Positions 24,546 through 38,701 of a stretch of 64,000 bases of DNA are shown in pieces. Every line of letters begins with the position of its first letter. Positions within the stretch are counted from its first letter, which is position 1. Position numbers and translations under genes: made by a program. Origin of the DNA: Eledone cirrhosa. Its lineage: Eukaryota. The notes beneath the pieces are model-generated. The model was not told the origin of the DNA. It saw nothing but the letters and a program-made list of their open reading frames with translations, and did no database searches. The stretch is from positions 13,888,001 through 13,952,000 of the forward strand of contig OZ024765.1 in NCBI GenBank assembly GCA_964016885.1. Direction: 5' to 3'.

Positions 24546-24866
24546 AGGGCTAGATTTAATGTGGAGCAAAGGGGGCAATTGCCATGATCCCCCTGCAGTG
24601 GGGGAGGGGGGTCACCAGTCATGGCCATAGCAATTTATTTGTGCCCTCAGCTGGGCTTTTAAGTTTTAGGATGGTTAGAATTTTTGAAATTTAATACCTG
24701 TATGTACAACTTTTCAATTCCAATTATTTGCACCAAGTAACTTTGATATGTAAAATTGGTGGGCAGCGGGTTTGCTGTGTGTTCTAATGTTTTGTGTATG
24801 AAGGCCCCCGCCCCACCTCCATCAAACCTGAAGTGCCCCAGGCCCTCTAAGGTCTAAATCCAACTG
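24546..24866. mobile_element. Degenerate PIF/Harbinger-like MITE
   Basis: Imperfect termini AGGGCTAGATTTA ... TAAATCCAACTGT with GC-rich subterminal blocks; it interrupts a degenerate ~140-bp repeat (24246-24540 / 24870-24990). Confidence 0.45.
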
Positions 24867-25478
24867 TGTATCGCTAGTCATTCCCTGTGGAAATATATCC
24901 ATCATGACATAACTTAACTTTATTTGATAAATTACAAGATCTCAGCGAGAAGACAGCAGTTCCCCTGAGGAAGCAACACCATGTGGTGAGAGTCTTCATT
25001 ACTGGTACATTATAATGACGTCATATGGTGTAGGAATTGTGAATGTCTTCAGAATTCTGAAGGTTTTCATCGTGTTTTCTTAGACATGAGATAAATCTGT
25101 TCTTTCTGAATAGAATACAGTGATCTGAATAGATTACATTCACAGATGTTGCCTGTTTTTAAAAGTAATGGATTTTTTTTTTCTTTATTATCTTTATTAT
25201 TACTAGATGAAGGCAACGTCTTCTCTCTCTTCTGTCACACACACACACACTCTCTCTGTCTCTGTCACACACACACACACTCTCCCTCTCTCTCTCTAAT
25301 CAACTGATGTTCCTTTTCTCTCTATTTATGTACAACTATTTCGCTTGGTGCTCCCCTCTCTCTATATAGATGATTCTTCCAAGTGCGAAGCATTATATAT
25401 GCTGACTGTAATAGGGATCAATATTTAAAAAATCACCACTGGACAAAACTAATAATATTTTTATCTACATGATTTGCT

Positions 25479-25693
25479 TTAACCCTTAGCATTTACATTA
25501 CTCTATATATACTATTATATTTTCATGGTTAAGGCTTTACCTCACATAATATCGAATCTATGAGATTTTGATATTATTTATTTTGAGAACAATACCTTAA
25601 CATCAGTATGAGCAGTTGTTTAGAGCCAGTTTGAACAGAAAGAGGTGAGAAAATTCTGGCTGGATAGGGCCGGTTTGAATGCTAAAGGGTTAA
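25479..25693 (-). mobile_element. TTAA-flanked piggyBac-like MITE, single-unit form
   Basis: TTAACCCTTAGCATTT ... AATGCTAAAGGGTTAA; reverse complement of the 2444-2883 element with one internal unit. Confidence 0.78.
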
Positions 25694-26749
25694 ACAAACG
25701 GCAATAAATATTCTGCTAAAAATCTTACTTTAGTTAAAATTCTGCAATCATATTTCAATGGTCAAATATTGTAACTTTAATAAAATACCCGGGAATCACC
25801 GGGTAGCTCAGCTAGTATAATATAATATAACACCATTATATTTTGTAGCAGAGAATGACAAGGGCCGGCATAGAGTTACGGCCCTTGTCATTCTGAGGTT
25901 ACTTTGCCTATCATCCTTACGGGGTCGATAAAATAAAGTACCAGTAATGCACTGGGTAATTGCTGGCCTTGTGCCAAAAGTAAAAACAATTATATTTTGT
26001 AGCATAGAGTTACGCCCCTTTATGGCCTGAGTTCAACCCCCCCCCCCCCCCCCCGGTTAACTTTGCCTTTCATCCTTACGGGGTCGATAAAATAAAGTAC
26101 CCAGTAATACACTGGGATAATTGCTGCCCTTGTGCCAAAACTAGAAACAATTATATATATATAATATAGTATATATCTAAACTATAATAAAGTAAGGAAT
26201 ATTAAGGAAAGTTAAGGGTGAAAGCAACGATTCTTTGCTTAAACTTTAATCTGTTATTTTAATAAATATTTGCTCTAGGGTTTTATATATATTTATATAT
26301 ATATATTATCCTTATTGAGCCCTCTTCGGATTTTAGTCTTCACATCTATTATTATTATTAACTTTTTCCAATTTCTTTTCAAAAGGAAAATCAGGGTAGA
26401 GAGGGAGGTACTCTCTTCCCAGCATTTTGTTGAAAGATGGGTGAGAAAGGCCAGAATGGCCCGAGTGAATATATGCCTGAGTATATGCCTGTAAATTGAA
26501 GGTGGAAAACTGGGAGAGGGTCAGGGTCACCGTCGGTCAGGGTCACCGTGGCTTTTTTTAATGGGCTTTTTTTAATGGGCTTTCTCCACGATGGCCCCTA
26601 TTGGGGAATTTTTCGTTGTTCTTTTATTACATCCTCTGTTTTTTTTTGTTTTTTTTACACTTCGGAAATGCCCATTTGTACTGTCCTGTATTGTCCTGTA
26701 CTGTCCTTAATGTCTACTTTATGTAAACCCTTGTGGTTAATAAAGAAAG

Positions 26750-26798
<49 letters not shown>

Positions 26799-26894
26799 GT
26801 AGATCACCGATGGGTTATATCCATAGTAGTAGAGTACTCAATCCATGGGACGAGTTTGGTAGAAGTAGTTCCACAACAGTTAGATCACCATACC

Positions 26895-26931
26895 GAGAAC
26901 AATTGTTTCACCTTTTTCGGATCCTCAGCTC
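26895..26931 (-). ncRNA. Minimal type I hammerhead ribozyme motif
   Basis: GAG-CTGAGGA-TCC GAAAAA GGT-GAA-AC AATT GT-T-CTC: stem I GAG/CTC and a palindromic stem III loop; degenerate second copy at ~27431-27467. Confidence 0.7.
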
Positions 26932-27048
26932 CGACTAAATGAAGTTGTTCGTACAACTTCATTTATATATGTAAATATATGTACATATATGTATATATAT
27001 GTATATATATAAGAAGAAATTAAAAGATGGTTAGAAAAGTTCCATGTA

Positions 27049-27115
27049 TTTTATTATGCGCATTTCAAAAACAAATATCATCCAGGGACGATATTTGCGT
27101 TCTCATCAGATAAAA
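27049..27115 (-). ncRNA. Type I hammerhead ribozyme motif with long stem II
   Basis: TTTTAT-CTGATGA-GAAC GCAAATATCGTC CCTG GATGATATTTGT TTTT-GAA-AT GCGC AT-A-ATAAAA. Confidence 0.78.
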
Positions 27116-28646
27116 TAGGGAGACATGATATGAAGCTTAAAAAAGACACTTGTGAGCAAGGTTTTTGAAATGCGCATAATAAAATACATGGAACTTTTCT
27201 AACCATCTTTTAATTTCTTCTTATATATACTCCAGTCCAATAAACTGTTGAGTGCTTCTTATCCAATATTTGCATTGCTTTATTGTGCTACAATAAAACT
27301 CACCTCCTACATGTATATATATATTTTCATAATAATTTTGTGTGATTGAACCAGAATTGGTTTCAAGTGTTTGGCATCAAAAGGTTTAAGATGATGTTAG
27401 TAGCATAACTTAACAAACATTCACCATACCGAGAACAAATGTATCACCTTATACAGATCATCAGCTCAGTCTAAATGAAGTTGTTCGTACAACTTCATTT
27501 ATATATGTAAGTATATATACATATATATATATGTAGATAAATCTACCAAAATATATGGTAGTGTCCAATCCGTATGAAGAACTGAATGTAATCCAAATAT
27601 CATAAAAAGAGAAGATGTATTCAAAATTTTTTCGATGAAAAACACAGGAAAACAGAGTCAAGATAAATTAATAAAAATAATGAATAAAAACAAAGAAACA
27701 GTTCCTTATATTAAAAAATTCATCATTTTACGATCGTTTCTAGGATATATATGTGTGTGTTGGTATGTATATCATATAGATCTATGTAAAAATTTTACAA
27801 ACTATCAGAGGGAATATACATACCTACACATATATATGCTGTCTTCAGAAATAATCATATATATATATATATAATTGGATACTTAGTAAAATCGAATCTC
27901 TGGCAGTGTGCAAGCAAATTCGGCCTACTATATGAATGAGTTAGCAAAGCACTCGACAAGGTAGGTCCTTAGAGTAATAACATACGTTTAAATAGCTTGA
28001 CAAATTGAACATTGTGGTAGGCAAAATCTAACTCACAATATACCAAAGTAACGAAAGAACTAACAGGTTGAGAAAAATACACCTGGACAAATCAAACGTT
28101 ATACGTTTAAAGTGTTTCTATGAATCCGAAATCAAATATCAGACTTACGTAACTGGCAAGCTCGTAGTATTCATGATCAAACAGAGGGTTCAGTTCATCA
28201 ACAGGCTTTTCGTTCTATATATATATTTACATAATAATTTTGTGTGATTGAACCAGAAGTGGTTTCAACTGTTTGGCATCAAAAAGTTTAAGATGATGTT
28301 AGTAGCATAACTTAACAAACATTCTTGCATAAAATTATGATGGAGGAAAGTTTGTAAATATATGTCAACATTTTTAAGTAAACAGTTTTGTATCATAGAA
28401 CCAGTGTTAGGGACATAACTTAACAAAGGTTCTTACATAAAATTATAATGGATTGGTTTTACATATCTATATCTCTCTCTCTATATATATATCTATATAT
28501 CTATATATCTATATATCTATATATATATATATAGGTAAGTTATTCCGGGTTGAATCGGAGGTAAACCACAGTAAGTAAGGTACTCAATACATAGTAGAGT
28601 ATAAAAGTTTTAATATAGATGAGATTCTACATGATTCTACAGATTC

Positions 28647-28678
28647 CTGATGATTTCTCAAGAATGAAACAGTTCTAG
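28647..28678 (+). ncRNA. Hammerhead-like core of a further dispersed family (also ~4547-4585, ~33993-34027 and ~58702-58733 on the minus strand)
   Basis: CTGATGA-TTTCT CA AGAAT-GAA-AC A GT-T-CTAG; core present, but stem I pairing is not evident. Confidence 0.5.
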
Positions 28679-28710
28679 TCCTGTAGAATCTCATCTATAT
28701 TAAAACTATA

Positions 28711-28772
<62 letters not shown>

Positions 28773-29027
28773 TAAGCGGAAAAGAAAATGCTGACAAATT
28801 GTTCACAGTGAAAAATAGTTTATTTAGGAATAAGTGAGAATTAGTAATAGTATTGGTTAGTATTCAGTTTTGGTTTTAAGTTTTACCGGTTGCGCATTTC
28901 TAATGCTTTTCAAAAACAATTTTGAGATAGAGCGTCCGTGATGTTTGCTCTAATCTATATATATATATATACATATACATATACATTTATATATATGTGT
29001 GTCTGTGTCTGCGTGTATATATATATA

Positions 29028-29310
29028 GTGGAGGCACATGGCCTAGTGGTAAGGGTGTTGTACTTACGATCATATTGACATGGGTTCGATTCCTGGGTTG
29101 TGTGTTGTGTTCTTGAGCAAAACACTTCATTTCACATTGCCCCAGTATACTCAGTTGAAAATGACTACCGGCTATAGCTGGGGGTCTAATCTTGCAATGG
29201 GTTGGTGTCCTGTCCAGGGGCAAGTCTTGTACTCTCAGTCGCTTCACACTATGAAACTGGGATAAGCACCGGCCAAATGAGCCCTCTGCCTTAAGACAGA
29301 CTTTAGACTT
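29028..29310 (+). mobile_element. tRNA-derived SINE
   Basis: A-box TGGCCTAGTGG and B-box GGTTCGATTCC, followed by TTCTTGAGCAAAACACTTCATTTCACATTGC. Confidence 0.75.
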
Positions 29311-29932
29311 TTTATTTATATATAAACATTTTAAAGTAATTAGTTTTGTATTATAGAACCAAGGGTGGTTTCAGGCCGTTTGGTATCAAAATGCTTGACA
29401 AAATTCCATAAAATTCAATAAAATTATGATGGAAGGTTTTTAAATAAATATAAACACTTTAAAGTAAATAGTTTCATATCATCAAACCTGAGGAGCTTTC
29501 AGGAAGTTTGGTATTAAAAAGGCTAAGCTGGTGTTTGGAATATAACATAACAAAGGTTCTTACATAAAATGATGATGGAAAGTTTTTAGATAAATATAAA
29601 CACTTTAAATCAAACAGTTTTGTATCATAGAACCAAGAATGGTTTAAGGTGGTTTGGAACATACCTTAACAAAGGTTCTTACATACTTTAAATCAAACAG
29701 TTTTGTATCATAGAAGCAAGGTTAGTTTCAGGTGGTTTGGAACATAACTTAACAAAGATTCTTACATAAAATTATGATGGAAGGTTTTTAGACAAAACAA
29801 AACAGTTTTGTATCAAAGAACCAGGGATGGTTTCAGAGTGGTTTGGAACATAACTTAACAAAAGTTCTTACATAAAATTATGATGGAAAGTTTTTAAATA
29901 AATATAAACACTTTAAATCCAACAGTTTTGTA

Positions 29933-31423
29933 TTAACTCTTTAGCATTTAAACTGGCCATATCCAGCCAGAATTCTCTCACCTCTTACTGTTCAAACCAA
30001 CCGTAACTGACCGCTCATACTGATGTTAAGGTATTGTTCTCAAAATAAATAATATCAAAATCTCATAGATCCGTTATTACGTGAGATAATTATGTAAGGT
30101 GAAACCTTTACCACAAAAATAGACTATATATATATATTGTATATATAGACTAGAGGCAGGCCACAATCCAGCCCACCAGACCAGTCAGAGTGGCCCAGGA
30201 TGACCATTTTTAATTTAATTTTTATCTTGTAAGCTTATTTAGAATTTTTCTCGTAACCATAATACATCTGTTAGTTGACCTATACTAAAGGGCTTCATTG
30301 ATAGGGTTATGTGTGTTATAATTTCCCAGTTCCATGTTATGGAAAGAAGTTGTGGTGAATCTTTGGAATAGTGTTTAATAAATATTAATGGCCCTAATAG
30401 TTGTTCTGATAGGGTTATGTGTGTTATAATTTCCCAGTTCCATGTTATGGAAAGAAGTTGTGGTGAATCTTTGGAATAGTGTTTAATAAATACTAATGGC
30501 CCTAATAGTTGTTCTGATAGGGTTATGTGTGTTATGATTTCCCAGTTCCATGTTATGGAAAGAAGTTGTGGTGAATCTTTGGAATAGTGTTTAATAAATA
30601 CTAATGGCCCTAATAGTTGTTCTGATAGGGTTATGTGTGTTATAATTTCCCAGTTCCATGTTATGGAAAGAAGTTGTGGTGAATCTTTGGAATAGTGTTT
30701 AATAAATACTAATGGCCCTAATAGTTGTTCTGATAGGGTTATGTGTGTTATAATTTCCCAGTTCCATGTTATGGAAAGAAGTTGTGGTGAATCTTTGGAA
30801 TAGTGTTTAATAAATACTAATGGCCCTAATAGTTGTTCTGATAGGGTTATGTGTGTTATGATTTCCCAGTTCCATGTTATGGAAAGAAGTTGTGGTGAAT
30901 CTTTGGAATAGTGTTTAATAAATATTAATGGCCCTAATAGTTGTTTCAATATTCAAAAGTGGCCCGCCAATGGAATATGTTACACACCCCTGAAATAATC
31001 TAATCTAATCTGGCCAAGTTTACACTCACAAATAAGAAGAACCAGGGCCACCCCTAGGAGCATTCGATTTGGTGTACTTCATACTTGTTTCAGATGCTGA
31101 ACACAATCAGGGGTCACTGCTTCTCCTGAAGGTCAATAGTTCTCTTCTAACTCGAGCAGGAGCGCCTTTCCATTGTCAATTTGTAAAAAAAACAAGAAAT
31201 TTGTAAAAAAACAAGAAATTTGTAAAGGAACTGAAATTACAAGAAATACAGAAACAAAACCTTCTATAGAAGATACAGAAATTGCTGAACATGCAGCACA
31301 ATCTTCCGCAACTACTAGTTTAATTCATGTGCAGGAGGGTTCCGCGATAATGTCAAGGGGTTCTGCGATAAAAAAAAGTTTGGGAACCACTGGTATAGAG
31401 TAATGTAAATGCTAAAGGGTTAA
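29933..31423 (+). mobile_element. piggyBac-like MITE with nested insertions (hAT-like MITE, 108-bp array, LINE-like 3' end)
   Basis: TTAACTCTTTAGCATTTAAA at the left end and GTATAGAGTAATGTAAATGCTAAAGGGTTAA at the right; the MITE sequence is split around ~1.25 kb of inserted DNA. Confidence 0.7.
30298..30945. repeat. 108-bp tandem repeat, 6 near-identical copies
   Basis: GATAGGGTTATGTGTG at 30300, 30408, 30516, 30624, 30732 and 30840. Confidence 0.95.
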
Positions 31424-32449
31424 GAAATCAGGGGTGGTTTCAAGGTGGTTTGGAACATAACTTAACAAATATTCTTACATGAAAATATATTGAAAGGATT
31501 TTAGATAAAACAAAAGATTTTGTATAAAAGAAGCAAGGGTGGTATGAGGGTGGTTTGGTATCAAAATGGCTAAACTATATTTCACCTAAAATCAACACAA
31601 GATAAAAGTGTAAATATAATTTAATCTTTTCAACAACAATTTCCATGTAATGGCATTATTTTCCTTGCGTGTTTTACACCATATTAGATTGACTAAAAGA
31701 GATTATTTCGTAAGTATACGCACACAACATGGCTATATATTATCCTAGATACTAAATAGATATGTTACCTAACCACAGCTGTTTATCAAAACAAAATGGC
31801 CGCTATTCTTTTGTACTTTTGTTAATGATGTTATTGTTGTTGTTGTTGTTGTTATCGTTGTTGTTGTTGTTGTTTCTTCGTCTTTCTTTTTATTTTAAAA
31901 AAATTTGTTTCCGGGGTTTTCTTTCTTTTTTATTTATTCTTTTTTTTATATTAATTTTTTTTTTCTTTTTCTTTTTTGTTTTGTTTCTTTTTCTCTTTCT
32001 CCTTCTTCTTGGCAGTGTTGTTGTTGTTGTGGTTGTGGGGGTGGGGTGGTTGTTGTGGTGATGGTAGTGGTTGTTGTAGTTATGGTGATGGGGTCGGGTG
32101 GATGATAGTGAGGGGGGTAGTGGTGGTGTGGTGGTGGTGGTGGTGTGGCGGTGGTGTGGTGGTGGCGGTGGTGGTGATGTGGTGATGTGGTGATGGTGTG
32201 GTGGCGGCGTGGGAGTGGGGGTATGGTGGGGGTAGGGTGGTGTGGTGGTGGTGGGGTGGGAGTGGGGGTATGGGGGTGAAGTGGGGGTATGGTTTGTGGG
32301 GTGTGGTGGGATGTGGTGGGGGTGGTGTGGGGGTGGTAGTGGTGGTGTGGTGGTGGCATGGTGGTGGTGATAGTGTCATTTGTTAAGAAGTTTTAAAAAA
32401 TGTTCTTTTATATAAACAAATGCCTATCATGTTTAGTAGATAGAGGCAA

Positions 32450-33785
32450 GTGTGGTGTGGTGTGGTGTAGTGTGGTGTGGTGTGGTGTGGTGTGGTGTGG
32501 TGTGGTGTAATGTAATGTGGTGTGGTGTGGTGTGGTGTAGTGTAGTGTGGTGTGGTGTGGTGTGGTGTGGTGTGGTGTGGTGTGGTGTGGTGTGGTATGG
32601 TGTGGTGTGGTGTGGTGTGGTGTAGTGTGGTGTGGTGTGGTGTGGTGTAGTGTGGTATGGTGTGGTGTGGTGTGGTGTGGTGTGGTGTGGTGTGGTGTGG
32701 TGTAGTGTGGTATGGTGTGGTGTGGTGTGGTGTGGTGTGGTGTAATGTAATGTGGTGTGGTGTGGTGTAGTGTAGTGTGGTGTGGTGTGGTGTGGTGTGG
32801 TGTGGTGTAGTGTGGTGTGGTGTAATGTGGTGTGGTGTGGTGTGGTGTGGTGTAGTGTGGTGTGGTGTAATGTGGTGTGGTGTAGTGTAGTGTGGTGTGG
32901 TGTGGTGTGGTGTGGTGTGGTGTGGTGTGGTGTGGTGTGGTGTGGTGTAGTGTGGTGTGGTTTAATGTGGTGTGGTGTGGTGTAGTGTAGTGTGGTGTCG
33001 TGTGGTGTGGTGTGGTGTGGTGTGGTGTGGTGTAGTGTGGTGTGATGTAGTGTAGTGTGGTGTCGTGTCGTGTGGTGTAGTGTAATGTGGTGTGGTGAGG
33101 TGTAGTGTAGTGTAGTGTGGTGTAGTGGGGTGTAGTGTGGTGTGGTGTGGTGTGGTATGGTGTGGTGTGGTGTGGTGTGGTGTGGTGTAGTGTGGTGTGG
33201 TGTGGTGTGGTGTGGTGTGGTGTAGTGTGGTGTCGTGTGGTGTAGTGTAATGTGGTATGGTGTGGCGAGGTGTAGTGTAGTGTGGTGTAGTGTGCTGTAG
33301 TGGGGTGTAGTGTGGTGTGGTGTGGTATGGTGTGGTGTGGTGTGGTGTGGTGTGGTGTCGTGTAGTGTGGTGTCGTGTAGTGTGGTGTGGTGTAGTGTGG
33401 TGTGGTGTGGTGTTGTGTGGTGTGGTGTAGTGTGGTGTAGTTTGGTGTGGTGTGGTGTGGTGTGGTGTAGTGTCGTGTAGTGTGGTGTGGTGTGGTGTGG
33501 TGTGGTGTGGTGTAGTATCGTGTGATGTGGTTTTGTGTAGTGTGGTGTGGTGTGGTGTAGTGTGGTGTGGTTTGGTGTAGTGTGGTGTGGTGTGGTGTAG
33601 TGTGGTGTGGTGTAGTGTGGTGTGGTTTGGTGTAGTGTGGTGTAGTGTGGTGTGGTGTGGTGTAATGTGGTGTAGTGTGGTGTAGTGTGGTTTGGTTTGG
33701 TGTAGTGTAGTGTGGTGGGGTATAGTGTGGTGTGGTGTGGTTTGGTCTAGTGTGGTGGGGTGCGGTGTGGTGTGGCGTAGTGTGG
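32450..33785. repeat. (TGTGG)n/(TGTAG)n pentanucleotide satellite, ~1.3 kb
   Basis: Directly visible; preceded by a GT/G-rich low-complexity tract at 31820-32370. Confidence 0.97.
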
Positions 33786-34259
33786 TTAAGGAGGTCACTT
33801 TATAATCCAAAGTGGCAATCATATATACACAACCAGCTATCCACGAAATACTGATTAATTAGCACCCCAAACACTAAATTGGGATAATACTTAAGTATAT
33901 CCTAATGAGATGGAGTTGGTCGGAGTATCGCTTAAGGCTTTCTCTGTTTATGTATTGTATATATATAGGTAATATAGAAATGGCTTCTACAGGACTAGAA
34001 CTGTTTCATTCAGGAGAAATCCTCAGGCAGCCGACTGTCCAAGTAATATGGTGGTATTTATACCTTTTCTGGTGGTAGGAAAGGGTGGTGATTGGGATGG
34101 GTGGAAGTCATTGGTTGATGTGTTTAAAGAAAAGGGAATTCTTTAAAAACTATATTTAGAGAACAAAGGCAGGAATAATTCAAGTTAAGTGTCTGTAGAC
34201 AGGTGAGAAGAAGAAGGTGGTGTAAGAAGATTGTAGTAGAGGAAAAGTGGTAGAGAGCC

Positions 34260-34297
<38 letters not shown>

Positions 34298-35090
34298 TAG
34301 CTAAAGTCCTTTGGATGGTTCAAGTAGCTTTCAATGTAGCTCATTAAACTAAACAAAGTAAATTTGAATACATAGAAGAAAAACGTATTTTATGTAAACA
34401 TGAAAACCTTAGGCACTATTCCAGCGAAATAATTAATATGTGAGCTCGGTGTCTGTAAAAAATTTCAAAGAAATCGCATGAATGGTTTAGAATATATGAG
34501 CCCTCATTAAAAATTGTCCACACACACACATACAGAAAACTAGATTTTTATATATATACATATATACAGATATGTGTGTGTTTGAAAATTAGGTAGTAAC
34601 ATGTGCTTATGCCGTACTTGGCAAAATAAAATTAGTTTGATAGTTGGGATTTGTTAGTTGTGTTTCCTATTCAACTATGCTTCAAGCAAACTACAACACT
34701 CTATTATATATATATATATCATCATCATCATCATCATCATTCCATTTTACATCCGCTTTTCCCTGCTTGCAAGGGTGGGACTGGAACTGATTCTGGCGTG
34801 ATTTCTACAGCTGGATGCCCTTCCTAACACCAACCTCATTTACAGTGAGTGCTGGGTGCTGTTTTGCCGTGGCACCTCCACGACCACTTTGCAGTGGAAT
34901 GATAGGGACCCCAGTCCCTATCATCTCATTTCTACAGCTGAGTAAACTGGAGCAATGTGAAATAAAGTGTCTTGCTCAAGGAAACAACACATCACTCGGT
35001 CTGAGAATTGAACTCACAACCTTTCGATTGCAAGGCCAATGCTCTAACCACTAAGCCATATGCCTCCACAATACAAAGCATATACATACA

Positions 35091-35122
<32 letters not shown>

Positions 35123-35423
35123 CTTGGCCACAGGCAGTTTTATGAAAGGTGGGTGATAGTGGCGAGAATGGCTCGTGTAAATGGGCCTTCTCTGTATACC
35201 ATCCTGTAGGTAAAGAAGTAAAGGAGAGGGGAGCACCTTCTCCATGTGCTCCCCGGGCAAAGGATTGCACACTTTTTCGGGGGTGTGTGCAACCCCCATC
35301 ACGTCCCCTCCCTTTTGAGGTTATTTTCGATTATTTTCATGTTACACCCTTTTTACTCGATTATATGTAAACTCCCCCTTTGTATTTGTCCCTTCTTTTT
35401 ATGCCTTTATGGTAAATAAAGAA

Positions 35424-35517
<94 letters not shown>

Positions 35518-36115
35518 TCATCATCATCATCATCATCATCGTTTAACGTCCGTGTTCCATGCTTGCATGGGTTTGGACGGGAGTTTTCCCACTTGAGGCA
35601 AGAGTGGTTGTCTTGCTCGCATAGGACTGTCTGGCGGGTTTTCTACAGTTGGATGCCCTTCCTAACACCAACCACATTTACAGTGTGGGGCTGGGAGGTT
35701 TTTACCGTGTTGCCTACACGGTCACATTACAGCGTGGACTGTGTGTTTTTTTTTTGTGACACCTACACGACCTCATTTGTTTCGGCCTGGATTTTGTGGC
35801 ACCAACATAACTTTACATTGAAAGGGGCGGTGTGGATGGGGTGGGGGTGGTAGGACGGGGGTGTATTTTGTTAGAGATGCCTACTGACTGTAGTAGGTTT
35901 TACTTTGTATTTAGGTAAGGCGGGTCTTCTCTATTACTGAGTACCGCCAAAGGTCTCGGTCCAGTGACATTGTCTTGCTGAGGTGTAAGTGTGTGAGGTC
36001 GGAATTTATCAGCTCGTCCCAGGTTTTTCTGGGTCTGCCTACTCCGTGGCTACCGTCTATCTTTATTGCCCTGCACTTTGTTATACAGCTATCATCCTTC
36101 ATGCGCATCACATGA

Positions 36116-36164
<49 letters not shown>

Positions 36165-36381
36165 AGATGTCAACATGAATGGACCTGTTATTTTCATCTA
36201 AAGACTTTTTTTCCAATTCCAACCCACCCGTCCCCTCAATTTATCTTATTTCTTATTCTTTCTTCTGATGAAGGACTAGCGTCCAAAACGTTAAGACTCT
36301 CTTCCTGCTATATCAAGCGTTAACCTAATATATTCCTTTCATATACTGTACCGATTGTGCTGTTATTTCTGTTTACCTTTT

Positions 36382-36453
<72 letters not shown>

Positions 36454-37886
36454 GTTTAACAAGGTTCAATGAATTCATCAATGAATAAAGTTTCGCAATA
36501 GATTAGAACCACTCAACAGCGAGGTTTTCTGGAGTTATTAATATTACTTCAAAATATTAATAAATATCGACATTCATGTGATCAAATATATATTTTATTA
36601 TACATATTTCAGAGATACTGAGCTATTTCAACAGTACGTCCTCATCAGATAAAATAAGTTGATGCCTGACATACCTTGACTATGTTGATGGTTATAATTT
36701 AGTCATGGCAGTAATAGTAATATATATATATATACACACACATACATACATATATATATATATGTATATACACACACACACACATATATATATATATGCA
36801 TATACACATCACTACTGCCTGTCATGTTTGATAAATTTATATAAGAAGATTAAGTTGTGGAAAAAATAACATTATGACACCAATAGACAGAATAAGGATT
36901 AAGTTCTTTGACAAAATAAATTGTCATTTCTTTTATTTTAGCTTATATTTCAGTATTTCCCATTGTTTGTATAGATATTGATTATTACTTATAAAAGTTT
37001 TTTGTTTTTTTAACGATTAACAACATCCCAAACATCATTTGCTTACCTAGTAGGGGAAACTTGTCAAATCAGATCAAGGAAACAATGTTTCCATTGGTCT
37101 TTCCATTACTGATACTATCTGTCAGTCACAACTCCTGGCAGAAGAAAAGAGCTGATCAACAGATCAGACCAAGGTAACAATGTTTCCATAAGAAAGGAGC
37201 TGATCATCAGATCAGACCAAGGAAACTGTTTCCATTGGTCTTTCCATTACTGATACTATCTGTCAGTCACAACTCCTGGCAGAAGAAAGGAGCTGTTCAT
37301 CAGATCAGACCAAGGTAACAATGTTTCCATAAGAAAGGAGCTGATCATCAGATCAGACCAAGGAAACTGTTTCCATTGGTCTTTCCATTACTGATGCTAT
37401 CTGTTAGTCACAACTCCTGGCAGAAGAACTGAGCTGATCATGAACTAACTGTGAACAATACAGTTTGCTAGATTCAACTAAAAGAATAAATTAAGAAATA
37501 GTACAAACCAAATTATGATAATTATTGGTTTCTACTATTTCTTAATTTATTCTTTTAATTGAGTCTGGCAAACCGTATTATTCATAGTTAGTATCTTATT
37601 CACCCTAGCGATTTAGGTCCCTTATGATTTAAACACATATATATGTGTTTATCTCTCTTTATTATATTAAATTATATTATAAGGGTCGGAAAATGTTTTC
37701 TTTGAGCTATTTTAATTGTAAGGGACTATTCTGAGTTCCTTACTCAATATATACTTTTGATATATATAACCAAAACTAAATTAGGGATGGCATGTCTGAG
37801 AAACATGCGCCATACCACCTGTAGAATAAGATCAAAGATTCTAAGGGATAAATCTGAGCATTTATTAGCATTAAATTAAAAATTGA

Positions 37887-37951
<65 letters not shown>

Positions 37952-37954
<3 letters not shown>

Positions 37955-38362
37955 ATATATAAGATCAAAAGATGGTTAAAGGAGTTCCATGTATTTTATT
38001 ATGCGCATTTCAAAAACAAACATCATCATGCAAAAATATTTGTGTTTTCATCAGATAAAACAGGAGGACATGATATGAAGGCTAAAAAACACTTGTGGAT
38101 AGTGCAGTTTTAAATCAACATATGAGAAGTAGTTTTAGATTGATGTGTGATATTTTCCCAATATCACACATCAATCTAAAACTACTTCTCATATGTTGAT
38201 TTAAAACTGCACTATCCACAAGTGTTTTTTAGCCTTCATATCATGTCCTCCTGTTTTATCTGATGAAAACACAAATATTATTGCATGATGATGTTTGTTT
38301 TTGAAATGCGCATAATAAAATACATGGAACTCCTTTAACCATCTTTTGATCTTATATATTAT
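37952..38362. repeat. Near-perfect palindrome with ~203-bp arms and a 5-bp loop
   Basis: Left arm ends ...GATGTGTGATATT (38154), loop TTCCC, right arm AATATCACACATC...; arms differ at about one position. Confidence 0.95.
38254..38320 (+). ncRNA. Type I hammerhead ribozyme motif, same family as 27049-27115; mirror copy on the minus strand at 37994-38060
   Basis: TTTTAT-CTGATGA-AAAC ACAAATATTATT GCAT GATGATGTTTGT TTTT-GAA-AT GCGC AT-A-ATAAAA. Confidence 0.78.
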
Positions 38363-38445
38363 GTATACTCCAGTCCTACAAACTGTAGAGTGCTTCTTAT
38401 CCGATATCTGCATTGCTTTATTGTACTACAATAAAACTCACCTCC

Positions 38446-38480
<35 letters not shown>

Positions 38481-38701
38481 AACACATCCAACAATCACAG
38501 GGGATAATTTGTAAAGAGTGTTAACACACATAGTTACGTAGGTAACACATTAAAGGGGCTATTCTGAGTTTCTAACTCAATATATACTTTTGATATACTC
38601 ATACATATAAATGTATCCATATGCATATATACACATGCACACACATGTATACATACACATTAGCATATTGTAAAAAGTCTTGGTAGGTGAAACTTAAGAA
38701 T

